DNA of 64,000 nt from Sphyrna mokarran (Eukaryota): positions 107,260,001 to 107,324,000 of the forward strand of contig JAGIQG010000009.1 of NCBI GenBank assembly GCA_024679065.1, written 5' to 3'. Position numbers and translations under genes: made by a program. Under the pieces are notes generated by a model. It worked only from the letters and a program-made list of their open reading frames with translations. It ran no database searches and had not been told where the DNA came from. Shown in pieces: positions 36,501 through 47,109 of this stretch (position 1 is the first letter of the stretch; the number at the start of each line of letters is the position of its first letter).

Positions 36501-39172
36501 GTCTGCATGGATTTCCTCTGGATGCTCTGGTTTCCTCTCAAAGATGTGCGGCTGAAGTGGATTGGTCATGCTAAATTGCCCCTTAGTGTCATGGGGACCA
36601 GCAGAATAAATATGTGGGCTTCTGAGGGTAGGACTTGGGTGGGATTGTTGTCGATGCAGGCTCCATTAACCAAATGGGCCCCCTCTGCAGTGTAGGGATT
36701 CTTAGATTCTATGACCCAGCTCTCTCTGTATTGACTCAGCTATCCCTGTATTGATGCTTCCATCCGTGTACTTCCGCCCTCCTCCCTGCATTGACTATTC
36801 GAGAGTTATGGTGTCATTTGGTAATTCTCAAATGGAGAATGCTCAACACTGAGCCCGATAGATCTAAAGGTCGGCTGCTTGATTCTAAGCCACGCCACAT
36901 CCCAACTCAACCTGGTCAGCATTGGACACAGAATTAGGTCTTATTGCATCCGAAACCAGTTCTCCATTGCGCTCCATTTTAGGTTCGAATGACGTTTACT
37001 CCATTGCACTGGCTTCAATACAATGGAATGCCCGCCATCTTGTATAACGGGCTGGAATTCCTCTACAATATGTTTGGCGTCAGCTCCTGCGCTGCACCCT
37101 TCTCAACTCCAGGCACAACTGCAGACACATTTTACTATAACCCGAAGATCTATTTTGAACGATTTGCGGGTTCGTGGTGCCCAGATTCCTGTATTGCAAT
37201 GAGGTCAGTAGAAAATTAAAGCAAAACGGATTCTGGGCCGGGGTGGTGGAATCACTGTGTGAAATAAGAGAAGTTTTTAAAGATCACTTCTTTCCACTCA
37301 TTACTTACGCTTCACTTTCAAATGGGTACCGCTTCCATTCCTCGCTCTTTCTCCCATTAAGGATACATGACAATAATATGTATCTGAATCTTCCTCAATC
37401 AACCTGGAGATATGAATATATATTACGTTGTTGGCAAATGATTCGCTCTCCGATCTGTTCAGCCGATCTTTATAAAATGGACTCTTGTCCAGTCTGTAGT
37501 CATTTTGTTCACCTCGTGTCCAATAAGTTGCTCCGATTAGGATTAGGTTTGCTTCAAATTTCAAGGTACAGTTCAGTGTCACCGACTCCCCCTCTGTTGC
37601 CGTTATAGAAGGAGGGAATTGATAAACTGCGAAATTCGTCTTCCCATCTGTTGGGAAAAACAATTCGACTGTAAACGGGATAATTCCCAAACGCTAGGTG
37701 CTACCAGCAATCTGAGTGGCTAAGTGTAATAAGTAACTCATAGAGATGGGAAGAAAATGAATCGAACAGCGCATTCTGGAAGGTCAAGTATACACCGAAA
37801 AAGAGTTTGAAATGTGTAAGAAACCAGCCAGTCTACAACAGAATGGCAGGTTGTTGTTGGATTGTGTGAATAGGTTAATGTTAGATTGGTTGTCATGTTA
37901 ATGCGGGTTAGATTATCAAGGTAACGTTGGGCTGAATTATTAGGTCAATGTGTTTTTTCTTAGCTGCTTATTGTTGTGTTGAGTTCGCAGATTAATGTTG
38001 TATTGTCAGGATAACGTTGGGTTGCGCAGGCAAATTAATTTTGTGTCATGTGGGCAGATTAATGTTGGGTAGAGTGGACAGGTTAATATTACATTATATA
38101 GATAGTTAATGTTGTGTTATCAGGTTAACATTTGGTTGTGTTATCAGGTTAATGTTGGGTTGTATGGGCAGGTTAATATTGGGTTGTGTCATCAGGTTAG
38201 CTTTGGTTGTGTTGTCAGGTTAATGTTAGGTTGTGTGACCAGGTTAATATTGAGTTGTGTGGACAAATTAATATTGAGTTGTGTGCCCAGGTTCATATTG
38301 GGTTGTTTGGGCAGGTAAACGTTGGGTTATGTGGGCAGATTAATTTTGGGTTGTGTAAGCAGATTAATGTTAGGTCGTGTAAGCAGGTTAATGTTGAGTA
38401 CTGTGGGCAGATTAATGTTGAGTTGTGTGGGCAGATTAATTTTGAGTTGTAATAGCAGGTAAACCTTTGTTTGCGCCATTCTGCCTCACTGAAGACTTGA
38501 ATAACACCAAAACTTGGGCTGAGAATTCGCGCCGTTACCCAAAAGCCATTGTAGGATACATCCCAGAAATGAAATAAAACAACGATTAGAAAATAATGAC
38601 CATGCTTAAACGATGACTAAAAAGAGGTGAATTTATAGAGCTCTCCATCCCACTGTCGAATAGAGAAACATGCTTCAGAATGACATATTTTGCACTGATC
38701 TCCGGAAATAATTACAGCCGTCACGAATTGTCCCTCAACCAGCTCACAGCCAGTAAAAAGTATATCCTAGAATTTCTTCAACGGGTTGCATCTACCTCCT
38801 GTTGCAGCTTCAGAGGGAAAATCGATCAACAGAAAGTGGATCGGGGTTCCCGAGAACCTTTGGAAAATTCTAACCCTTTGTCCGCTCAGCTCCGGAAAAC
38901 AATAGTAATCTTGCCGATAGGAGCGTGTTCTAATTCTAAACACAATGTCAATACTATCTTGTAACGGATGCAGCAACCCTCTGTAAACTATAGGGATGAC
39001 GGGAAAGTCGGAGTATTTTGCAAATCAGTTTCTGCAAAATTTGCGATTAAAATTAGCACGTCACTCAAGACTGTCGGTGTCATCCACAAGCAGTAAAAAC
39101 TAGAATTAACTCACCGGCGCGCGTCGCAAAGACAATGAACTGCAGGAGAGTGAGCTGTTGACTTAATGTCAT
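27440..39172 (-). CDS. NCR3: Gene B (spliced span): NKp30/NCR3-like single VJ-type Ig receptor with uncharged TM and C-terminal ITSM
   Basis: Leader, V, TM and 19-nt exons join in frame with canonical GT-AG sites, and the terminal exon ends in TEYATIR*. The family call rests on by-eye similarity of the V domain to NKp30; it is not a claim of one-to-one orthology. Confidence 0.72.
28027..28328 (+). mobile_element. HE1-related SINE variant with alternative 3' tail
   Basis: Same tRNA head, with tail cattgcaatgttaatg...aataaataa shared with 29830-30072(-), 45460-45756(-) and 48627-48908(+). Confidence 0.75.
28540..30640 (+). mobile_element. Decayed Ty3/Gypsy LTR retrotransposon pol (RT, RNase H, integrase) inside a gene B intron
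   Basis: THKGFFQYRR*PFGI (RT), [32 protein letters not shown] (RNase H), KQVLEKLYEDHYGVV and FPEQVISGYGSQF...YHPLTNG (integrase). Many disablements, with a SINE inserted at 29830-30072. Confidence 0.85.
30785..31100 (+). mobile_element. HE1-type SINE
   Basis: Full-length copy. Confidence 0.8.
32023..32150 (-). CDS. Gene B cytoplasmic exon(s), internal structure unresolved (likely two micro-exons, about 32124-32150 and 32023-32051)
   Basis: Acceptor atagtttcag at 32151 and strong donor CAG|gtaaga at 32022. An internal donor AC|gtgtgt and acceptor ctatttccacag define a possible 72-nt intron, giving SRRKSISVAT/ISRSSVSDT; the second part reads SADLQSATQ in another phase. Confidence 0.55.
32362..32380 (-). 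CDS. Gene B exon 4, 19-nt cytoplasmic micro-exon
   Basis: Acceptor ttatttttctttcag and donor AAG|gtaaaa. Phase 1-2, reads (V)IRRLR(S). Confidence 0.75.
32579..32930 (-). mobile_element. Well-preserved HE1-type SINE nested in an older sense copy (32505-32578 plus 32968-33262)
   Basis: Intact head gggcggcacggtagcacagtggttagcactgctg and tail. The flanking sense fragments are consecutive parts of one SINE. Confidence 0.85.
34254..34373 (-). CDS. Gene B exon 3, stalk+transmembrane
   Basis: Acceptor caaattttcag and donor AAAG|gtatgt, 120 nt, phase 1-1. Reads (R)KTAKEISRGPDAIFGLGGVSVFLSVTVIVLICGLFWQNK with no charged residue in the hydrophobic core. Confidence 0.88.
36408..36714 (+). mobile_element. 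HE1-type SINE
   Basis: Body and tail match the family. Confidence 0.78.
37309..37647 (-). CDS. NCR3: Gene B exon 2, germline-joined VJ-type Ig V-set domain, NKp30/NCR3-like
   Basis: Acceptor tttttcccaacag and donor AAGC|gtaagt, 339 nt, phase 1-1. Carries B-strand Cys (VTLNC), C-strand Trp (IGATYW), EDSDTYYC and J-like NGSGTHLKV. The pattern Q.PP.I...EG.S..L.C, IG...W.R, RL, HI and V..G....G.GT.L.V parallels NKp30. Confidence 0.92.
37846..38462. repeat. 24-bp minisatellite in gene B intron 1
   Basis: About 25 diverged units of consensus gcaggttaatgttgggttgtgtgg. It explains the 8-aa periodic ORFs (CGQVNVGL). Confidence 0.9.
39115..39172 (-). CDS. Gene B exon 1, signal peptide
   Basis: ATG at 39172, reads MTLSQQLTLLQFIVFATRA, then phase-1 donor CCG|gtgagt. 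58 nt, typical IgSF leader exon. Confidence 0.88.
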
Positions 39173-39204
39173 CTTTTGTGAGTGTGTGAAGAAGTCACAA
39201 GGTG

Positions 39205-39290
39205 ATCGAAAGTGAGCAGATAATATAACAGGAACCCACTTCAAGCCGACGAATGGAATTAGTTGTGGTTAGCACCTCGATAACACAGTT
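39205..39290 (-). promoter_or_regulatory. Candidate proximal promoter of gene B with RUNX, ETS and GATA motifs
   Basis: TGTGGTT (39264-39270), CAGGAA (39229-39234) and AGATAA (39218-39223) lie within 100 bp upstream of the ATG. Confidence 0.4.
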
Positions 39291-40152
39291 ACATCAGACC
39301 GTTGGACAAAATGAAGAACTCTTCGCTTTTGAAATAGTGTTTTCAAATTAATGCTGGGTTGCCATACGATGCATTGTCGCTGTTGCTTGAGCAGTAAGTT
39401 ACACAGGAAACACAATGATAAATTCGTAATTTGTCTATATTGTCAAACGTTTTATGTTTAGTCTGTGAAGAGCCTCTTCCCTCCCACCCCCCACCTCCCC
39501 ACCGCACCCCTCTTCCACCCATCCTGCCTCCGCACGCTTCAGTTTTCTCCATGACGACGGTGTTGAAGATGGCGAGAGGGGAGGGAAAAGGGGATGGAAG
39601 GTCTGATTGCAAACGTGACCAAGAGTTTCCATTCAGCTCATTGCGTGTCTGTCATTCAGGCAGCCATAGCCATATTACCCAGGTAAAGTTCAGGGTTATA
39701 AACTGCTGCCACGTGTCCGGCATAAATGTCTAACCAGCGTGCCTGTTCATGTTCAAGTTTGCACCGCGTTCTCACATTGTACAGGACATCACTAAAATTA
39801 AAAATTAATTAATTTTATTAATTAATAAACTAACTAAATTTTATTAATTAACAGGCTAATTAAAATTAGCAAATGAAGATTTTCATATATATATTTTATG
39901 GCGTATTTGAGAATTGCGAAGAGCAAAATCATCGCTTTTTGTCACTGGCTTGATTAGAAAGGAATGAAAGGAGATACAATAGCGTGTCTGACTGAGTGCA
40001 AAGATGTTACGCCAGGATAATACTCTCAATTATCCGCCGCATGTACAAGGCCTAGCATGATTAATACAGGTGGGACCAGCAAGAATATTGCTATGGATAG
40101 TTTAACATAAAGGAACAATAATTGGCGGTCACATTGAAAAACAACAGTACAG

Positions 40153-40250
40153 TGGTGTGCGTGTGTGTGTGTGTATGTGTGTGTGTGTGGGCGGGGGGGG
40201 GGGTGCGGCGCGGGGGGGGGGGGGGGGGGGGGGAAGTGTGGGGGGGGCGG
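40153..40250. repeat. (GT)n tract followed by long G homopolymers
   Basis: Directly visible in the sequence. Confidence 0.9.
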
Positions 40251-40695
40251 AGGGGAGCAGCTGGGTGGAATTGTTGGGGGACATTGGGGAGAAGTATTGG
40301 GAACACCTTTACCCCGCCACCCGGCCTCCCGGTATGCATTACCCTGTTGTGTTCAACAAATTATCACCAACGATTTGCCGCTAGTTTTTCTAATCGTTAG
40401 TCGCGGATCAGTGGAGAATAGTTGACCTTTCCTTTCCAAATAGAAACATAGGAATATAGAATCCCTACAGTGCAGAAGGAAGCCAATCGACCCATCGAGC
40501 CTGCACCGACAACAATTCCACCCAGGACCTATCCCCGTAACTCCACATACTTATTCTGCTAATCCCTCTATTTTACACATCTTGGGACTCTAAGGGACAA
40601 TTTAACATGGCCAATCAACTTCACCTGCACATCATTGTTACGAGAGAGAGGGAGAATTGTGGGCAAATTGCCCGCTATATCTGCAAACAAAATGC

Positions 40696-42135
40696 TATAA
40701 GACATAGGAAGAGGGGGCCGTAGGCAGTTCTGCCCCTCTAACTTGTCCCACTTTAAATAAGGTCATAGCTGAGCCGATATTCCTCATGTCCATTTTCCTG
40801 CCCTTTCCCCTTAACCTTTGTTTCCCTTACTGATCAAACAGCTACTTATCTCAGACTTCAATTTACGCAAGTGCTGTTTGTGACAAGGAGTTCGAAAAGC
40901 TTACAACACTCCGAGAGAAGAGATTCCTCCATGTCTCAGTACTAAATTGGCGCCCTTTATTCCGAGACTCTGCTCTCTGACTCTAGACCTCCTACCAGGG
41001 GAAACGCCCTCTCAAAATTTACCTTATCAAGAAAGAATCCTATATGTTTCAATGAGATCACCTCTCATTCTTTAAATTCAATGAGTCCCAAATTTTTAAC
41101 CTTTCTTTGTAAGCCATTCCCTAATACTTTTTCTCTAGTGATGATGATGGGCTTAGTGTCATAGAATCAAAGACTCAGATATGTTTACAGCATAGAAATA
41201 GGCCCCTCGGTCCAACTTGTCCATGTCATCCTTTTTTAAGCCCCTAAGCTAGTCCCAATTGCTCACATTTAGCCCAGATCCCTCTATACCCATCTTACTC
41301 ATACAACTTAATTCCTCCTTTCTATTCTTTCGTATTAGTGGGGTGATCAAATTAACTTCCAGCATAAAGATTGATGCAAATAAATGTTTAACTGTTTTGC
41401 CATTTCTTTCTTCCCCTCAACTATTGGCCCAGATTCATTTTCTAAGGGACCTATGTTCATTTTGACCTCTCTCTTCCGTTTTATATATTTAAAAAAAACT
41501 CTTATTGTCTTTTTTTTTATATTCCTCGCCAGTTTATTCTCGTAGTTTATTGCCTCTCCCTTCCTTATCTTTCTTAGTTCTCCTTTGCTGGATTCTGAAA
41601 TGATCCCAGCTTTCAGCGCTATCACTGATTTTCGTCCACCTTACATGCGTTTTCTTTAAACTCAATACTCTTCTTAGCTTCCTTGGTTAACGAAGGTAAG
41701 TTTATTCCTCTTAGAATTTTTCCTCCACCTGGGAATGCTTTTCGTTGAGTCATGAATTATCTCCTTAAATGTCTGCTATTGTTTATTGAATATATTTTCT
41801 ACTAACCTATCTGTGCAGTCCACTTAAGGCAATTCTATCCTCATTTCATTGTAATTCCCTTTATTTAAGTTGAACACATTTTGTTCCAGACCAAACTTTT
41901 TCTCTCTCAGCTGGAATATTGAATTCTATCATGTGATCACTACTTCCTAGGGGATCTTTTATTCTGAGCTCGTTCATTAAACGTGCCTCGTTATTAATTA
42001 CCAGATTCAAGGTAGCCTGTTTTGGCTTCCTAACATTTTGCTTTTAGAAACTATACCTAATGCAGTCTGTGAATTCGTTTTTGTAGATATCCTTTCTAAC
42101 TTGATTATTCCAATCAACACTAAGATTAATGCTAC
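40696..42135 (-). mobile_element. Composite of antisense CR1 fragments
   Basis: 3' end at 40696-41120 and an internal part, NYENKLARNIK...FFKYIKRKR...IGPLENESG (ORF 41347-41625). Confidence 0.75.
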
Positions 42136-42562
42136 TTTATATTTATCATTTTCAGAGCGCGGTTAAGAATGAACGACCCTGTTGACATTTTAACCAGACT
42201 GGTCAAATTTCATTCCCTAAAGAACTTGCCCACTTTCGACAATGAGAAGGCATCGATAGAAAGTGACTGGTAAACATCCTAACCAACACAACACGACTGG
42301 TAAACAACCTAAACAATCTCTTTGCACAGCGAGTTTGAGGATGTGGATGAGAATATGGTGAAAACAGATTGAATCATGATTTTCAAAAGGAAATTGATCA
42401 TTTATTTGAAGAGAAACAAGCATAGCTATACTCCTGGGAATGCTGACTGGGTGGACCTAGTTGAATTGACACCTACACGATGGGCAGAATAGCCGTCTAA
42501 TGAGCTGTAACCTTTCTATAAAGCACTTTAGTAAAACAAATAGCTCGTATAGAATGAAGAGA

Positions 42563-42868
42563 GGCAGTGGCGGCGGGGTACTTTCGCTGGACAAGTAATC
42601 CACAAATACAGCGTAAGTTTCTGTGGGCCAGAGTTCAACGGTGAAATTTGAATGCAAAAAAGAAATTTGGAATAAAAAAGTCGAAGGATGACATTGAATT
42701 GACTAGCGTAAAGAAAACACCTGATTCAGTAATATCTCTCACTTGGTCTGGCCTACAAGTGATTCCAGGCCCATAACAACATAATTGACTATTAAATGGC
42801 CATTGGGGATGGGCAATAAATGCTGGCCCAGCCAGGGACGCCCACATCCCAAGGACGAATAAAAAAGA
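42563..42868 (+). mobile_element. SacSINE1-like Deu-domain SINE
   Basis: tggtctggcctacaagtgattccag core and gggcaataaatgctggcc...cccacatccc tail. Confidence 0.7.
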
Positions 42869-43017
42869 ATTTGTAGCTTCGTCGTCATGATGTTCGTTCA
42901 GATGTAGATAGGTTAGGCCCAGTATTGAATGTTTATTCGATCTCTCTCTGATCATTAGCAGAGGCCGTTTCCTCTCAGGCCAAGTTGCATCAGACTGCTG
43001 CTTCGCAACTTGTGATC

Positions 43018-43320
43018 TTATAGAATCCCACAGTTTAGGAGTAGGCCATTCGGTCCATCGAGTCCGCACCCACCAGATTCCCACCCAGGGCTTATCCCCA
43101 TAACCTTATGTATTTACCGTAACTAATCCCCCTAACACTAAGAGGGAAATTGATATGACCAATTGATCTAGCCGCATATATTTGCGCAGTTGGAGGAAAC
43201 TGGAGCACTCGGAGGAAACCAACGCAGACACGAGGAGAATGTGCAACCTCCGCACAGGCAGTGACCCAAGCCGGAAATCGAACCAACGTCCCTGGTGCAG
43301 TGAGGTCACCGTGCCGCCCT
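43018..43320 (-). mobile_element. HE1-type SINE
   Basis: Family match. Additional copies lie at about 19550-19855, 40455-40632, 43660-43920, 44832-45000, 47810-47887, 52955-53230 and 60726-61040. Confidence 0.8.
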
Positions 43321-46303
43321 TGATGATGTTTCCCGACCTATTAAAACAAGTAAAGACTGGAGAGAATGACGGACACTTAAAGAAACAGGTTGAGTTTCTA
43401 CATTTGAACACAATGTAATTGGAAAGATAGAAATCAACACTTCGTTTTAGCTGCACTAAGTTTAACTGTCAAAAAGTGGGGATGGCATTTTGCCAACTGG
43501 CATCTTGGCCAATAATATGATACTTCTTTCAGGCCAGGGAACAGGTTACTTTTCAGAGAGAGGATGTCAGCGTCATTAATGTTATCTGCGATTCCACAAT
43601 TAAATTTGAAGTTATTAATAATTTTCATATTAGGCTAAAATATATCTTCATTGCAAGTATGATTTCGATTCGGGCCTTGGGTGACTGTGCGGAGTTTGTA
43701 CATTCTCCCCGTGTATTTGTGGGTTTCCTCAGGGTACTCCGGTTCCCTCTCACAGTCCGAAGACGTGTGAGTTAGGTTGATTGGCCATGGTAAATTGCCC
43801 CATCGCGTTCGAGGTTGGCAGAATAAATATGTGAGGTTCAGGCAAAGGGCCTGGGTGGGATTGTGGTTGCTGCAGATTCAATGGGCCGAATTGTCTCCTT
43901 CTGCACTTTAGAGATTCTATAATGAAGAATGAATCTAGGTACTTATGTTCAATTGTTTCTGCCGTGGGATGCCAAATGAAACTCTTCACTATGTTGTGAG
44001 CAAAGATTACATCCGTTGGTGGAATCACAACATTATAAGGTAATGAAAGCTTAAATAAGAGTTTACATGACATTTAACCTATACTACATTCAATTGATAA
44101 CCTGATACACCATACCGTCAGTTCACTGAAGATGGATATTTCAACGTCTTCGCCACTGACTGGAAACATTGCTTCTGCTCAGAGTCCCATTTCACACGAC
44201 AGTCATTCACATCTGCACGCCTCGTATTGTGACCTCTCTTCATGTGGCTAGTTTGTTTCTTGCGTCTCTGCATTCAGCACAACGCCCACCTTGTTCCGTC
44301 TGTGTACCGTAGAAGATGTTATTTTAGAATCCATGCCGCTATTTATAATATACTTCAATGTGTCTGCAAAGAGTGTTTGCTCTCATTTATCGAACTGACA
44401 GGAAATATTGAGCAGTGAGAGCTATGCAGTTGTTTACCATGAATTACCCGCATTAGAAAACATATATTTTTGGTATGTTAATACCGCATTAAATGTCCAA
44501 CACTGCTTGTCTTGTGATGGTGGTACTTGTTTTTCTGCAATATAGTAAGTAGTTCGATGCAACTGAATAATTGGTTGGCTACTCTTGCGTCCAGTTAAAC
44601 GTCAACCTTGTTCTACTGGTTTTGGAGTTAATCAAAAATCAGGTCAGGTAAACAATGCTTCTGTTTAGGACATTAAAGCGCATTATGGAATGGTTTAGCT
44701 CAGGTGGCTGGGCAACTGGTTCCTGATGCAATTTGAGGGCAATGATGCGTGTTCAATTTCTATACTTGCTGAGGCTGTTTATGAAGACCCAGTTCCCATA
44801 ACCCCAATATTTGCACTGCTAATCCTAGGGTCAACTGGCCAATCAACCTAACCCTCACATCTTTGGACTGTGGGAGGAAACCGGAGCACCCCCGGGAGAA
44901 TGTGCAAACTCCAACAGTCAGTGACCCAAGGCCGGATTGATCCGGGAATCCCTGGCTCTTTGAAGCTGCAGTATTGACCACTGTGTCACCGTGCTGCCCA
45001 CCATAGTACTGGAATGTTGCTGTTTGTCTACCTAAAGCTTTACGCAACCTTGGACCAATTCCCTCCTGCGCAGCAGCAGATCCAGTTGTAATATTTTTTC
45101 AGATATTGAATGTCATAATGTTATGGATGTCGAGTATCCCAGGTAACTAATTAACAAGCTAACTCCCTGCATCTTTATAAAGAGTATGCCTCAGACCATC
45201 TTTCCGACAATGCGCGCTTGAATAGTAGTTGTTTAAGAATTGCAAAAGTTGCAGGATGTAAAAGTAGGTTTATCAAATACTATCCAATTGATGGAGGAGA
45301 TCTACGATCAGCTTTCCTCTAGAAACGTAGAACATAGAAAATGAATATAGCAATGAATATCATGAGTATTCAGGGCCTAAACAGGTTTTGTTTTACATTA
45401 TAACAATAAGACCAACTGAAGATTGTGGTTTCAGCAATTAAAATTTTAATGTAAAATTTGTTTATTAGTCACAGGTAAGCTTACATTAACACTGCAATGA
45501 AGTTACCGTGAAAATTCCCAAGTCTCCATACTCCGACTCGTGTTTGGATACACTGAGGGAGAATTTAGCATGGCCAAAGCACCTAACCAGCACATCTTTC
45601 GGACTGTGGGGAGAAATCAAAGTACCCGGAGGAAACACATGCAGGCACAGGGAGAATGTGCAGACTCCAGACAGGGAGTGACCTGAGGCTGGGGTTCAAC
45701 CCAGGCTCCCGGTGCTGTGAGATAGCAGTGCTAACCATTGTGCCACCATGCCGCCCTTTTTAAGTTCCTATTTTACAGTAGAAAATGACCAAATTCTGGT
45801 GGCACTGACATTATAATGTATCATCAGTGGCTTTAGATCGAATGACTTGGGATTTTTACAAATCCTTCACAGGTTATTAAAAGTAAGGGCAGCTAATATA
45901 GTGGGCGCTTTATATAATTTGTTATATTTTAGTTTATATATATTGTAATTTATATATTTTATTTTGAAGACAATGATATCTTAATTGAAACTCATCAGGG
46001 TCCCAAAAGCACAAGCCGAGATACATTTCCTGAGTCCATATTGTACTAAACTCAAGTAATAGATCACTGTTTTGGTAAAAAGCAAAATTTACGACTCTGT
46101 AATAGGTAATGAAAGATTTTGCAAAGATCAGGACCGTAGCAGAATGCGAAATTCAACTCACCACCGGTTCAGTCCTTCCCAGTACCCTGGATAGAATTGG
46201 AAAACCAACGCAAATGTTAAATGGATCGAATCGATATGAGCAAGCACAATAGGCTGCCATTACAAATCTGTAAATTTTGTTGTTACAATTCGAATATATA
46301 TAT

Positions 46304-47109
46304 GATTTATCCACTTTGTTAAGAATAATGGTAGTAAGGACTACTATTTAAATGGAGAAAAGCTGCAGCATCCGACGATGCAGAGGGACCTAGGGGTCCT
46401 TGTGCACGAATCGCAAAAGCACAGTATGCAGGTGCAGCAGGTGATTAAGAAGGCGAATGCAATGTTGGCCTTTATAGCGAGGGGGATAGAATATAAAAGT
46501 AGGGAGGTTCTGTTGCAGCTGAAAAGAGTGCTGGTAAGGCCGCAGCTGGAGTACTGTGTGCAGTTTTGGTCGCCACACTCGAGGAAGGATATATTGGCCT
46601 TGGGGGTACGGGGGGAGGGGTGCAGAGAAGGTTTACTAGGCTGATACCGGAGATTGGATTATGAGAAGAGACTGAATAGGCTAGGTGTGAACTCTTTGGA
46701 GTTTAGAAGGCTGAGAGGGGATCTTATAGAAAGTAAGATTAGTATAAGATAATGAAGGGGATGGATAAGGTAGAGGTTGAGAGACTGTTCCCGCTTAACA
46801 AAGGTAGCAGGACTAGAGGACACAGCCTCAAGATTAGGGCGGTTCAGATCGGAGTTGCGGAGGGGTTTCTTCACGCAGAGGGTGGTGAATCTTTGGAATT
46901 CCCTGCCTGATGAGGTGGTGGAGGCTTCCTCACTGAATATGTTCAAGTCAAGAGTGGATAGGTTTTTAATTGACAAGGGAATTAAGAGTTACGGGGAGAA
47001 AGCGAGAAAGTGATACTGAACCATTACAGATCAGCCATGATCTTATTGAATGGCGGAGCAGGCTCGAGGGGCTGTAAGGCCTGCTCCTGCTCCCATTTCT
47101 TATGTTCTT
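46304..47109 (+). mobile_element. 5'-truncated CR1 LINE, relatively young
   Basis: QRDLGVLVHES...KKANAMLAFIARGIEYKS...LVRPQLEYCVQFWSP...FFTQRVVNLWNSLP with an intact 3' UTR. Confidence 0.92.

Noticed and set aside
37301-37690. V exon as a rearranging Ig/TCR V segment
   Set aside because: The J-like G strand is in the same exon and is followed directly by a splice donor. There is no heptamer-spacer-nonamer next to it and no constant exon before the TM.
38109-38452. Cys-rich repeat proteins or a CRISPR-like array
   Set aside because: These are translations of a tandem 24-bp minisatellite with no unique spacers, in a vertebrate intron.
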